Counted from the stretch's first letter, positions 1 to 9,200 are shown. The stretch: DNA of 32,000 nt from Candidatus Zhuqueibacterota bacterium (GCA_030950365.1 JAUZRQ010000027.1:85293-117292); one strand, 5' to 3'. The notes: generated by a model not told the origin, from the sequence alone. Translations and numbers: made by a program.

Positions 1-135
1 GTGAGAAGGCAGGCCTTGGAATATTGCCATCATGCCCGCGTGCATCAGGCGGCATCTAAGAAAGGCAAGCCAGGGGCTGAATCCATACGCCGCAAGTTAA
101 TGTATATCAACGAAATCTGTAGTTTCGCCAGGGAT

Positions 136-2325
136 TTACCTGTTGGCCGCCGGCAAAAACTGCCGCAGTGCGTGCATCAGCACCGGCAGGCGGCCGTAGC
201 GCGGGGCGGCGTCGGAGGTGAAATAGCGTTCCGGGTGGCGCAGATACTGATGCAAGCGGGCGATCTGCCTCGGCGAAAGATGAAACAGCGCCAGCAGCAG
301 CCGGTCGTCCTGCAGTTCATGCACGAAGCTTTGCAACATCTGCAACTCATCCGGCTGAATCGGAAAGCGTGGTTCGTCTTGTGGAAATGGTAATTGCAAC
401 TGGCCTGGGGGAAGGGGAGGCTCAAGTTTTGTCACCTGTGCTGTTGATCGCTTTTCTTGGTCAAGGTGGCGCAGAACCTGGGTCAGGGTCGCGCGGCTGG
501 TAGCGAACAAGAACAGGGTCTCCAATAGTTCAAAATCCGGCGTAGCCGTTTTGAGGTTGAGCTGCGCCGCTGCCGGCGGCAAAAAGGCCAGCCGCCGCCG
601 CTGGCCGGGCACCGGCTCGATGCGCACGCCGCGGCCGATGGCCTGCAACAAAAATTTGCGCGCATCGGCTCCCACGCCAATGTTGATGAACGTGATCACA
701 TTCGGGCGGTTGGAGTCCCAGCCCTCGTAAAAGCTACGCGAGCCCATCAGCAGCCGGATGTCCGATTGGCGGGTGTTGAGCTGGTCGAAAAATGCCTCGC
801 CATCCATCACCGTGCTGATTTCGTAACCGGCCAGCTCGTGCTGCAGCCACCCGGAAATATCGCCAATGCGAATGAGCGCAAACGGCCGTGGGGCGGTCTT
901 GAGTTTGAGCGCAATCTCCTGCCGGTTTGATGGCCGCACCAGTGCTTCGATGCTCCCCGGGCTCTCGGCCTGAAACACGCGCGACAGCACATCCCTAAAC
1001 GCGATGGCCGACAGCGTTTGCACATCAATGTTCGGCCGGCCCCGCTCAAAAACCAGCTCCGCGCCGGAGTGCCCATCGCGCAGGAGCTGCTCGCGCGCCT
1101 CCTGCCACAACCGCTCCGAAACCTCGCCGCGGGCGATGCGCGCCAGCGTCTCGAAAAACACTTTCAAATCCGCCTGCTCGACATTGACCGAATTCACCAG
1201 CACCAGCATGAGCGGGTTGTGATACACCGGCTGCGAGGCCGCGCTTTGCAGCCGCTCGTGCGCCTGTTGGAGATGCGCCAGCAGCATGAGCGAGGCCAAC
1301 ACGATTTTTTGCTTTTCGTCGCCGGTAAAATCTGCTGCAACTGGGATAGTCGATTTCTTCGGCGAGCGGAATGGCGCAAATTCCGATTGCATCACGGCGA
1401 TGTGTTTGCCATAGCCGGCCTCGATGAAACGCGCCAGGTTGAAATCGAACGCGGTGGTGAGCAGGTCGCGGGGATCCGTGAACGTGGCGGAGAAATTGAA
1501 CAGAAAACCATTGCGCGCCAGAATGCTGTAAATGTGTTGCCGCTTCGAATCTTCGCGATCCCCCTTGTGCGCTTCATCCAGCAGCACGAACCAGCGGCCA
1601 CCGTTGTCGTAATTGCGAAAATCCACGATTTTCTCCTTTTGCGCATCGCCCAGATTGTCCGAGCGGTACACGAACACGGTCAGCCCGGAACCGGTTGCCG
1701 GTTCCGGAAATTCACGCTTGTGTGCCGGGTGGTCGCGTAGATCGACCAACCGCAGGTGCAGTTCGGGATGACTGGCGTTGAATTCATCCACATGCGCACG
1801 GATTTGCTGCAGCAGGTCATCTCGGCAGGTGAGCACCAGCACATCGTGGGGTGGCACCTCGCCGCGTCGCATCAGCCGCCACAGCATTTCCAGCAGCTTG
1901 ACCAGCACCAGGGTTTTGCCGCTGCCGGTGGCCATCCAGAAATTCATACGGTTGATCACCTGCTGGAAGGCCAGACGCTGGCCGTCCACCGGGAAATATT
2001 CCTGCAGCAGCCGGTGGACATCCCGTCGCATTTTGGTGAGGTCGAAGTTTAGACGCGCCGTTGCAGCTTCGCCGTACCAGTCGAGCAGCGCCTGCTTGCG
2101 GTGTGCATTGGCCGCGTCGGCTTCGCCGGGCCGGTAATTCAGCGCGTGCTGGTAATAAAACCACAGCAGCTTCAATGCCTGTTGCAGCGCTGCCTGCTGA
2201 TAATCCCACAGCGATTTCTGCCGTGAAAACCATGACCACTCCTGCGCCGTCCACGCCGGCGGCAGCGTGGTGAGATCGATGGTATCCAGCAGCGTCTGCA
2301 GTGGCCGTGGGTTCAGTCCTGACAT
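136..2325 (-). CDS. SF2 DEAH-box helicase/ATPase, Type III restriction Res-subunit-like, without a recognisable nuclease domain
   Basis: 729-aa ORF. Walker A 'MATGSGKTLV', motif II 'LLDEAHKG', motif III 'FSAT', motif VI 'QAIGRGVRI'. Its ATG (2325-2323) overlaps the stop of the upstream ORF by 13 nt. Confidence 0.8.
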   Translation of the reverse strand: MSGLNPRPLQTLLDTIDLTTLPPAWTAQEWSWFSRQKSLWDYQQAALQQALKLLWFYYQHALNYRPGEADAANAHRKQALLDWYGEAATARLNFDLTKMRRDVHRLLQEYFPVDGQRLAFQQVINRMNFWMATGSGKTLVLVKLLEMLWRLMRRGEVPPHDVLVLTCRDDLLQQIRAHVDEFNASHPELHLRLVDLRDHPAHKREFPEPATGSGLTVFVYRSDNLGDAQKEKIVDFRNYDNGGRWFVLLDEAHKGDREDSKRQHIYSILARNGFLFNFSATFTDPRDLLTTAFDFNLARFIEAGYGKHIAVMQSEFAPFRSPKKSTIPVAADFTGDEKQKIVLASLMLLAHLQQAHERLQSAASQPVYHNPLMLVLVNSVNVEQADLKVFFETLARIARGEVSERLWQEAREQLLRDGHSGAELVFERGRPNIDVQTLSAIAFRDVLSRVFQAESPGSIEALVRPSNRQEIALKLKTAPRPFALIRIGDISGWLQHELAGYEISTVMDGEAFFDQLNTRQSDIRLLMGSRSFYEGWDSNRPNVITFINIGVGADARKFLLQAIGRGVRIEPVPGQRRRLAFLPPAAAQLNLKTATPDFELLETLFLFATSRATLTQVLRHLDQEKRSTAQVTKLEPPLPPGQLQLPFPQDEPRFPIQPDELQMLQSFVHELQDDRLLLALFHLSPRQIARLHQYLRHPERYFTSDAAPRYGRLPVLMHALRQFLPAANR

Positions 2326-2873
2326 TTGCCCCTCAGTTTGGATTTTTGCCGGTCGAGCAATTCGTGTAGCCAGTTCGAATGATACTGCCGCGCCAGATTT
2401 AAGCTGGTCTCCGTGTCGAGATTCAGAAACGTGGTCAGGTCCTCGGGCGAAATGGCCTGCCCATTGAGGTAGATAGCCTCGGCGTTTGCCGGATCGGTGC
2501 CGTTGATGAATTCCAACAAGTAGGCGCCGAGGTAGCGGTAGGTGGCGCCGGTGGCCGGATTTTGCACAAATTCGTTCTCTCCATTTAGCCGCGAGGCCGC
2601 GCGCAGCAGCTCATCCAGCATGGCGAAAATCACCGTAGAGGCCGGCCGCAGATGCAGCCGCGGGGCCTTGCGGTGCGTTTTGACTTCCAGCAAAAGGAAC
2701 CAGCCGGTGCAGTAATTCACGAACACGAAATCGATGTCCTGCGTGATGAGTCCGCGGATGGAATCTTTGAGATTGTGGCGCACCCACTGCGAAAAATCCA
2801 GGTTGCGCTCACCGGTGTATTCCGGCCGGGTCATGGTCACCTCCACCAGATCAGCGGCTGAATGTGCGGCCAC
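2313..2873 (-). CDS. Small hypothetical protein with a PD-(D/E)xK nuclease-like motif
   Basis: 186-aa ORF wedged between the methyltransferase and the helicase, overlapping both. An alternative ATG at 2834 lies 2 nt after the methyltransferase stop. Motif 'QDIDFVFVNYCTGWFLLLEVK' (D46/D48...E63-V-K65) fits D-x(14-16)-ExK. I recognise no other family. Confidence 0.6.
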   Translation of the reverse strand: MAAHSAADLVEVTMTRPEYTGERNLDFSQWVRHNLKDSIRGLITQDIDFVFVNYCTGWFLLLEVKTHRKAPRLHLRPASTVIFAMLDELLRAASRLNGENEFVQNPATGATYRYLGAYLLEFINGTDPANAEAIYLNGQAISPEDLTTFLNLDTETSLNLARQYHSNWLHELLDRQKSKLRGKCQD

Positions 2874-5428
2874 GGCGGCTGCCGCAGATCGATGCGCTCG
2901 CCGTCGCTGAATTCGACCTGCGGGCCTGCCAGGCGGCGAATGGATTTACCCAGCAGACAGGACAGGGTCTCGGCCAGGTCGATGTCCGGGTACAGACGGT
3001 CGAAATGGGGCCGTACGGTATCGGTTTCGGGATCGAGCTCCACGGCATACAACAGTTTCGGGTCGGCAGTGAACAGCGAGGCTTCACCATCGAGGGCCGT
3101 GATAGCATTGGGCGCCTGTTCGCGGTAGCGTACGCGCCGCAGGATGTCCTCGTACTGCTCGAGCTCGAAATATTTGAAAAAGCCACCGCCGCGCCAGCCG
3201 ACCTGTTTGGAAATGCCGGAACGCTCGCCGGCGAGCACCTTTTTCATGCGCGGCAGCACCACACTGTCGAAATGCGCGCCCATTTCAATGCCGATCCATT
3301 TACGGCCCAGTTTGTGCGCCGCGGCGGTGGTGGTGCCGGAGCCGAGAAAGAAATCCAGCACGAGCTGCCCCGGCTCACTGGTGGCTTCGATCACCCGCGC
3401 CAGCAAAATTTCCGAATTTTGGGTGCGAAATCCCGCAGTGCTTTCGTAGGAAGGGATGTCCTTCCAGTTGTCGGTGATTTTCATGCGCTCGGCCGGCAGG
3501 TACTCCACCTTCCATTCGTCCGCGCCACAGTTCCGGCAGGTGTCGATGCGCGTCACGCCGAATACGGTTTTCTCCGGCGTGATGTCCAGAAATTTGAACC
3601 GGTCTCGGCGCTGCTGCTGAATGGTTGCGATGAACTCCGGACCGCGTTCGGCATCGTCCCAGTAGTAAAGGGCGCCGCAGGCGCGGCATTTCAGGCGCAG
3701 AAAATGCTCGCGCAACAGTTGGTCCACTTTTTTCTGCTGCAGCGAAAAGTGCTGGCCCGGCGGCGGATATAGGGTTTTACCAAAGAATACCCGCTCAGGC
3801 GGATTGCGCTCTTCCTGTTTCAAAAAGCCGGTCCAGCGGAAATCGCCGAGACTGCGCGGACGGTCGAGGGTTTTGTAATACGGCCGGTCGGCGGCGGCGT
3901 ACCAGAAAAGAAACTCGCTCTCCACTTCGAATTTGGTCGGCGTGCCGATGCTCTGCCGCTTGCGGTTGATGAGGATTTCGTTACAGTAGCGGTCTTCGCC
4001 GAAAAGCTGGTTCAGCAGCAAGCGCACGTACATGTTGCCGTTGTAATCGCAGCGCACAAACAGGCTGCCGGCCTCGTGCAGCAGCTCGCGCGCCAGGCTG
4101 AGCCGGTTTTCCAATAGGGTCAGCCAGGTGGCGTCTTTGTATTTGACTGAGTACAGAAAATCGGCATTGGAGCCCAGGTTGAATGGCGGGTCGATGTAAA
4201 TGGTCTGCACGCGGCGGCGGAATTTGGGCAGCATCGTGTTGAGCGCCTGATAATTTTCGCTTTTGATGAGCCAGCCATCGAGGACGCTATCGAGGTCGTC
4301 GAACAGTGCCACCAGCTCAGGCTCGAGGTCGGGAAAATGACGCGTGTCCAGCGGCAGGTGCCGATATCGTGCAGACAGCGCCTCCGCTGAGGACAGGGGC
4401 ACGGCGAGCTGATTTTTGTTAATCCGCGCTTGATGGGCGATAATTTGAAATTGCGCTGAAACCAGTCCGAGCTCTCTCCATTCCGCCAGTTGCGCTTGCA
4501 TGCCGGGATGCGTGAGCATGCGGTTGAGCAAATCCACGCTGCGTTCGGCGAGGCGGTCGAGGGTGATGACGTAGTGGCTGTTACGTACGAAACGCGGTTT
4601 GTTCCAGATGTTCACCAGCTCGTCCTCGAATGGCGCAATTCCGTCGATGATGCGGTTTGCGATGGATTTCAGCGCCTGCAGTTGCTGGACGCGGCGGGCG
4701 TCCCAGGTGGCCTCGTGGGTGAACATGTACTGGTACAGCCACAGATCGAGCTGCTCGCGTAGAAACGCGCGCGCATTTTTGTTGATGAAGAAATCCACTT
4801 CGGATTGGCGTTCGAAAAGCCGGAAGGCGCGCTCGAGGGTGCTCTCCTGCACGGGAATGTCCGACTCGTGCAGGGTTTTCAGGATGTCGCGCAGTGCCGG
4901 TTTGCGCCCGCGCTCGGCATACCGGACTTCGAAAATTAAGGCGCCGTCGTCGCGGCGTTCGTGAAAGCGATAAATCAGCGCGCGTTTTTCATTGGCTTTT
5001 TTGTACTGCAATTGCGAGGCGTCGAAATAGAACGTGTGGTCATCCACCGTGACCGACATGCTTTGAAAAAGCTGGTCGGTTTTGATGTAGTACAGCATGT
5101 GGGTTTTCCAGAACAGCAGCACGTCGCGCTGGTCTGTGTACACGCGCTCGTACACCTGCTGATGCAGGGGCGTGCGGTGGAAATAGATGGAGCCGCTCTC
5201 GCTGAAATAGCGCTGGAAGAACGCATGCAATTTATCGAACAGCTCTTCCCGGAATTCCGGGAAGAGCTGTAGCACGGCATCGATGGCCTGCTGCAATTGC
5301 GGCTGCATGCGCTCGCGGAAATACTGCGATTTGATGCGCATGAGATTGATGTAGCCGGACTGGCCGTCCACCGGCGCACCGACAAACAAGTTTTGCAGGG
5401 CTTCCCAGAATTGCTGCTCTTTGGGCAC
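2837..5428 (-). CDS. Large beta-class (N6-adenine/N4-cytosine) DNA methyltransferase, Type III Mod-like, with long N-terminal extension and a zinc ribbon in the target-recognition region
   Basis: 863-aa ORF with GTG start preceded by GAGGAG. Motif IV 'IYIDPPFN' (aa 411-418) lies upstream of motif I 'LDFFLGSGTT' (aa 691-700), which is the beta-class order. Two CxxC pairs (C581/C584, C631/C634) sit between them. About 400 aa N-terminal are of unknown function. Confidence 0.85.
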   Translation of the reverse strand: MPKEQQFWEALQNLFVGAPVDGQSGYINLMRIKSQYFRERMQPQLQQAIDAVLQLFPEFREELFDKLHAFFQRYFSESGSIYFHRTPLHQQVYERVYTDQRDVLLFWKTHMLYYIKTDQLFQSMSVTVDDHTFYFDASQLQYKKANEKRALIYRFHERRDDGALIFEVRYAERGRKPALRDILKTLHESDIPVQESTLERAFRLFERQSEVDFFINKNARAFLREQLDLWLYQYMFTHEATWDARRVQQLQALKSIANRIIDGIAPFEDELVNIWNKPRFVRNSHYVITLDRLAERSVDLLNRMLTHPGMQAQLAEWRELGLVSAQFQIIAHQARINKNQLAVPLSSAEALSARYRHLPLDTRHFPDLEPELVALFDDLDSVLDGWLIKSENYQALNTMLPKFRRRVQTIYIDPPFNLGSNADFLYSVKYKDATWLTLLENRLSLARELLHEAGSLFVRCDYNGNMYVRLLLNQLFGEDRYCNEILINRKRQSIGTPTKFEVESEFLFWYAAADRPYYKTLDRPRSLGDFRWTGFLKQEERNPPERVFFGKTLYPPPGQHFSLQQKKVDQLLREHFLRLKCRACGALYYWDDAERGPEFIATIQQQRRDRFKFLDITPEKTVFGVTRIDTCRNCGADEWKVEYLPAERMKITDNWKDIPSYESTAGFRTQNSEILLARVIEATSEPGQLVLDFFLGSGTTTAAAHKLGRKWIGIEMGAHFDSVVLPRMKKVLAGERSGISKQVGWRGGGFFKYFELEQYEDILRRVRYREQAPNAITALDGEASLFTADPKLLYAVELDPETDTVRPHFDRLYPDIDLAETLSCLLGKSIRRLAGPQVEFSDGERIDLRQPPWPHIQPLIWWR

Positions 5429-5526
5429 GGTCTCCTCGCGTGAATGTGGTTTCGACGTTCGGCTGCGGATAAAGGTCTGAGGGCAAATATAGCGAAAAAG
5501 TCACAGAAAGAGAAACGGAAATTTTT

Positions 5527-5602
5527 TGTAGCACACGCTTCCAGCTTGTGTCGGCAGTGATGCGGCCTGCGGCCGCAACGCAAGCAAGGATGCTTGCGCC
5601 AC
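5527..5602. repeat. Modular GC-rich hairpin repeat, copy 1 (module A 5527-5550, module B 5561-5602)
   Basis: Module B is 41/42 identical and module A 22/24 identical to the reverse complement of 20451-20492 and 20427-20450. Each module folds into short perfect or near-perfect hairpins. Confidence 0.85.
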
Positions 5603-5716
5603 TTTGATTGGCGGCGCGACTTCTTTCCAAAAAACCTTGCATTTGCATGGCTTATTCTTTAATTTTTTTAAACAAAAAATACCTGAATCTGAGCCAAACC
5701 TATCTGCGAACCTTTT

Positions 5717-7618
5717 ATGGCGTCGAAAATCGGGGAATTTCTCAAAAAACATCGCGAATCAATACAGTCCTTATGGATCAATAAGGTAAAGGATGAAGCC
5801 ACCATTACGACCGTTTTCCCCGGACCAGTGTTGAAAGCATTGATCGGCGAGTTGTTACAGCGGATCATTACCCACTTTGAGTTCCCAGATAGGCAGCAAA
5901 ACTGGATTCAGTTATTCACCGACCGCATGACTGTCGTTTCGGCTGCTTCCATTTACGTCTCTGATCGGGTTGCCAAGGTCGGTAAAAATGTTATTTTGCA
6001 CATGCTGATACAGGAAAGCAATCCCATTGAAGATCAACTGAACGCATTTCTGGAATTGGACCGGGTTTTTGATGAAATCGATTTAGCGCAACTGGCACAG
6101 TTCTTGAACCTACCGCCACGATTTCCTCAATCGCCTGAAGCCGAACAGGCAAAAATCAGCGAGCAATTGCGCTCGCGTCTGAATCTGTTTTACAATGCCT
6201 TCCAGCACAGCACCGATGGCATCATCATTACCGATCTTGGCGGTCGCATCCTTGAAGCCAACGAAGCGTTTTTGAAAATTTTTGGCTATGAATATAATGA
6301 AGTCATCGGCCAACACACTGGGTTTTTGCGCGCGCCCCAAACATCGGATGAATTTTACCGTAAGATGTGGGAATCCATCAATACCAAAGGCGAGTGGAAA
6401 GGCGAAATCATCAACAAATGCAAAGACGGCAGCTTGATTCCGGTGTGGCTTTCTATTACGCCGATTTACGAAGACGGCCAGCGGATTGGGTACATGGGCG
6501 TTGAAATCGATATATCTGAAAAAAAACGTATTGAGAATGCGCTGATCAAAGAAAAACGGTTCACCGAATCGTTGATAGAAACGGCCAACAGTTTGATCGT
6601 AGGGCTCAACCTCAAAGGTGAAATCACCCTGTTCAACAAAAAGCTGGAAGCCACCACGGGCTATAAAAAAGAAGAAGTGTTGGGGAAAAAATGGTTCGAA
6701 ATTTTCCTGCCCGAGCGCATCCGGCCCTCGGTGGAAGAGGTGTTCGACGGTATCGTCAACAACAAAATCCCCTCATACTACGAAAACCCAATTTTAACGC
6801 GGAGCGGAGAAGAGCGCTATATTGCCTGGAGCAATACGGCCATCCGCAACGAGAACAACGAAATCATCGGTGCGTTGGGCATCGGTCAGGACATCACCGA
6901 GCAGAAGCGACTGGAACAACAAATTTTGCATTCCGAACGGCTGGCTACCATCGGCCAGATGGCGGCCAAAGTGGCGCACGAGATCCGCAATCCGCTGTCC
7001 TCCATTATGCTCAACGCCGAACTCTTAGGCGATGAAATCCGTATGGCCGGCGATGCCATTTCCGAGGATGCCGAAGTACTGCTGAAGTCCATTATTTCCG
7101 AAGTGGATCGGGTTGCCAAACTAACCGAAGATTATTTGCAGTTTTCCCGCCTGCCGGATGCCGACCCGCAGCCAGGCGATCTAATCAATCTGATCCAGGA
7201 AGTTGTGGAGTTCATCGAACCGGAGGCCAGCTCCAGAGGCATCCAGATTGTGAGCGAATATGAGACGAACGCGCTGGAACTGGTATTTGATGCGCAGCAG
7301 ATGCGACAGGTGCTGATGAATATTTTGAAAAATGCCCTGGAGGCCATGCGCCGCGGCGGCATTTTGACCGTGCGCGTGCAGGACTCGCGCAAAAAAGTGC
7401 TCATCGCCATATCCGACACCGGCGATGGTATTCCAGAAAAGCTGCAGGACAAAATCTTTCAGCCCTTTTACACGACCAAGGATATGGGCACAGGACTTGG
7501 CCTGGCGATTTCACAGCAGGTGATCCAGGAACACGGCGGCAATATTGAGTTCGAGAGTGAGCCGGGCAAGGGCACCACATTTTACCTGCATTTGCCCAAA
7601 AAACGGTTCAAGAAATAA
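5717..7618 (+). CDS. Sensor histidine kinase with tandem PAS domains
   Basis: 633 aa. PAS-like segments ('FYNAFQHSTDGIIITD', 'ETANSLIVGLNLKGEITLFN'), H-box 'VAHEIRNPL', ATP-binding G-boxes 'DTGDGIP' and 'GTGLGLAISQ'. Confidence 0.9.
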   Translation: MASKIGEFLKKHRESIQSLWINKVKDEATITTVFPGPVLKALIGELLQRIITHFEFPDRQQNWIQLFTDRMTVVSAASIYVSDRVAKVGKNVILHMLIQESNPIEDQLNAFLELDRVFDEIDLAQLAQFLNLPPRFPQSPEAEQAKISEQLRSRLNLFYNAFQHSTDGIIITDLGGRILEANEAFLKIFGYEYNEVIGQHTGFLRAPQTSDEFYRKMWESINTKGEWKGEIINKCKDGSLIPVWLSITPIYEDGQRIGYMGVEIDISEKKRIENALIKEKRFTESLIETANSLIVGLNLKGEITLFNKKLEATTGYKKEEVLGKKWFEIFLPERIRPSVEEVFDGIVNNKIPSYYENPILTRSGEERYIAWSNTAIRNENNEIIGALGIGQDITEQKRLEQQILHSERLATIGQMAAKVAHEIRNPLSSIMLNAELLGDEIRMAGDAISEDAEVLLKSIISEVDRVAKLTEDYLQFSRLPDADPQPGDLINLIQEVVEFIEPEASSRGIQIVSEYETNALELVFDAQQMRQVLMNILKNALEAMRRGGILTVRVQDSRKKVLIAISDTGDGIPEKLQDKIFQPFYTTKDMGTGLGLAISQQVIQEHGGNIEFESEPGKGTTFYLHLPKKRFKK

Positions 7619-7650
7619 CTGGTGGACAGTCAAACGTACGGAGTTTAAAC

Positions 7651-9045
7651 GTGAACGCAAACAATCAACCGAGAGTTCCGCTGCTGGTGGTTGACGACGA
7701 GCAGAGCGTCCGGGATTCGCTGGAGCGCGTGCTGGAAAAGGAGGGCTTCCAGGTGCATACTGCAGACAGCGGTCGGCGCGCGAAAGAGATCCTGCAGAGA
7801 GAACCCATTGCGTTGGTGCTAACCGATCTGCGCATGCCAGAAGTCAGCGGCCTGGATTTACTCCGGCAGGTCAAAAAACAGTATCCCGACACGGAAGTGA
7901 TTTTGATCACCGGGCACGGCACCATCGAAAAGGCGGTAGAGGCGATGAAAGAGGGCGCTTATGATTTTATTACGAAACCCTTCAAGCGCGCGGAGATTCT
8001 GCGGGCGGTGAACAAAGCGCTGGAAAAACAATCCCTGGCGCGCGAAAACCGCATTTTGAAAGAGCAATTGAAGAGCAGTTTTGAAAATAAAATTCAGTTT
8101 ATTGGCAAAAGCAAGCAGGCGCACGACATCATGCAGCTTGTGGACCGCGTGGCACCACTGCCTTCCACCGTGCTCATCACTGGTGAAAGCGGTACCGGCA
8201 AGGAGATCATCGCCCGCTTGATTCACATGAAAAGCCCACGCGCCAACAAACGCTTCGTGGCCGTCAATTGTGGCGCCATCTCCGAGAATTTGATTGAAAG
8301 CGAGCTGTTCGGTCATGTAAAAGGCGCGTTTACCGGCGCCATTCGCGATAAAGAAGGGTTGTTCAAGATTGCTTCGGGCGGCACCCTATTCTTGGATGAA
8401 ATTAGCACAATTCCCATCAACCTGCAGGTGAAATTGCTGCGGGCGTTGGAAGAACATGAAATCATGCCCGTGGGGTCCACCAAAACCATCCCGGTGGATG
8501 TGCGCATCATTGCCGCCAGCAATCGGGACCTCATGAAAGAAGTGGAGGAAGGTCGGTTCCGCGAAGACCTGTTTTACCGTTTGAACGTGATTGGCATCAA
8601 TATTCCGCCGCTGCGCGAACGTCGGGAGGATATTCCATTGCTGGTGGATTTCTTTATTAAAAAATTCAATCGCGAGCTAAACAAAAACGTGAGCGGTGTC
8701 AGTCATCAGGTCATGCAAATGTTTTTGACCTATCAGTGGAAAGGCAACGTGCGCGAGCTCGAAAACGCCATCGAGCGGGCAATGATTCTGTGTGACGGCG
8801 ATCAGATCATGCCGGAGCACATGCCGCAGAACTTCTCCACAACAGAGGTTCAGCCCGTGGTGAAGAGCGGCCTGAAAGAGGCCGTTATGGCCTTTGAAAA
8901 ATCTCAAATTCTGAAAACCCTCGAAATTGTCAATGGCGATAAGAAAGCGGCGGCCAAACTGCTGGGATTGAGCATATCTTCGCTATATCGGAAGATGAGC
9001 GAACTCGGCCTGGACGTGAAAGAGACGATCGGAAAGAATTCTTAA
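7651..9045 (+). CDS. Sigma54-dependent response regulator (NtrC family: REC + AAA+ + Fis-type HTH)
   Basis: 464 aa. Receiver 'LVLTDLRMP', Walker A 'GESGTGKE', 'GAFTGA' sigma54-contact motif, C-terminal HTH 'AAAKLLGLSISSLYRKM'. Sits immediately downstream of the kinase. Confidence 0.92.
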   Translation: MNANNQPRVPLLVVDDEQSVRDSLERVLEKEGFQVHTADSGRRAKEILQREPIALVLTDLRMPEVSGLDLLRQVKKQYPDTEVILITGHGTIEKAVEAMKEGAYDFITKPFKRAEILRAVNKALEKQSLARENRILKEQLKSSFENKIQFIGKSKQAHDIMQLVDRVAPLPSTVLITGESGTGKEIIARLIHMKSPRANKRFVAVNCGAISENLIESELFGHVKGAFTGAIRDKEGLFKIASGGTLFLDEISTIPINLQVKLLRALEEHEIMPVGSTKTIPVDVRIIAASNRDLMKEVEEGRFREDLFYRLNVIGINIPPLRERREDIPLLVDFFIKKFNRELNKNVSGVSHQVMQMFLTYQWKGNVRELENAIERAMILCDGDQIMPEHMPQNFSTTEVQPVVKSGLKEAVMAFEKSQILKTLEIVNGDKKAAAKLLGLSISSLYRKMSELGLDVKETIGKNS

Positions 9046-9144
9046 TTTTGAGAAAAAGGCGATTAGATTTACTAATGCTGGGAAAAGCTGCAAAACTGTT
9101 TTAAGGATATTTAAGTGTAAGGGTATTGTAACTTTTTTGAAATC

Positions 9145-9178
9145 AGCCACTTGTCCGTATGGTAAGTGGCTTTTTTTA
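9145..9178 (+). terminator. Rho-independent terminator after the NtrC-like gene
   Basis: Stem agccactt (9145-9152) pairs with aagtggct (9164-9171), followed by a T7 run. Confidence 0.7.
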
Positions 9179-9200
9179 TTTATAAAAATATGCACAAATT

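Noticed and set aside
1018-1740. Long ORFs antisense to well-supported genes. Examples: 1-393(+), 1018-1740(+), 2864-3772(+), 10663-11484(-), 12013-12672(-), 13279-14202(-), 15668-16447(-), 19710-20390(-), 21769-22743(-), 24572-25150(+), 25569-26078(-).
   Set aside because: Each lies entirely within a CDS on the opposite strand that carries clear family motifs. Their translations are Arg/Gly/His/Ala-rich low-complexity strings with no motifs, as expected of shadow ORFs in GC-rich coding DNA.
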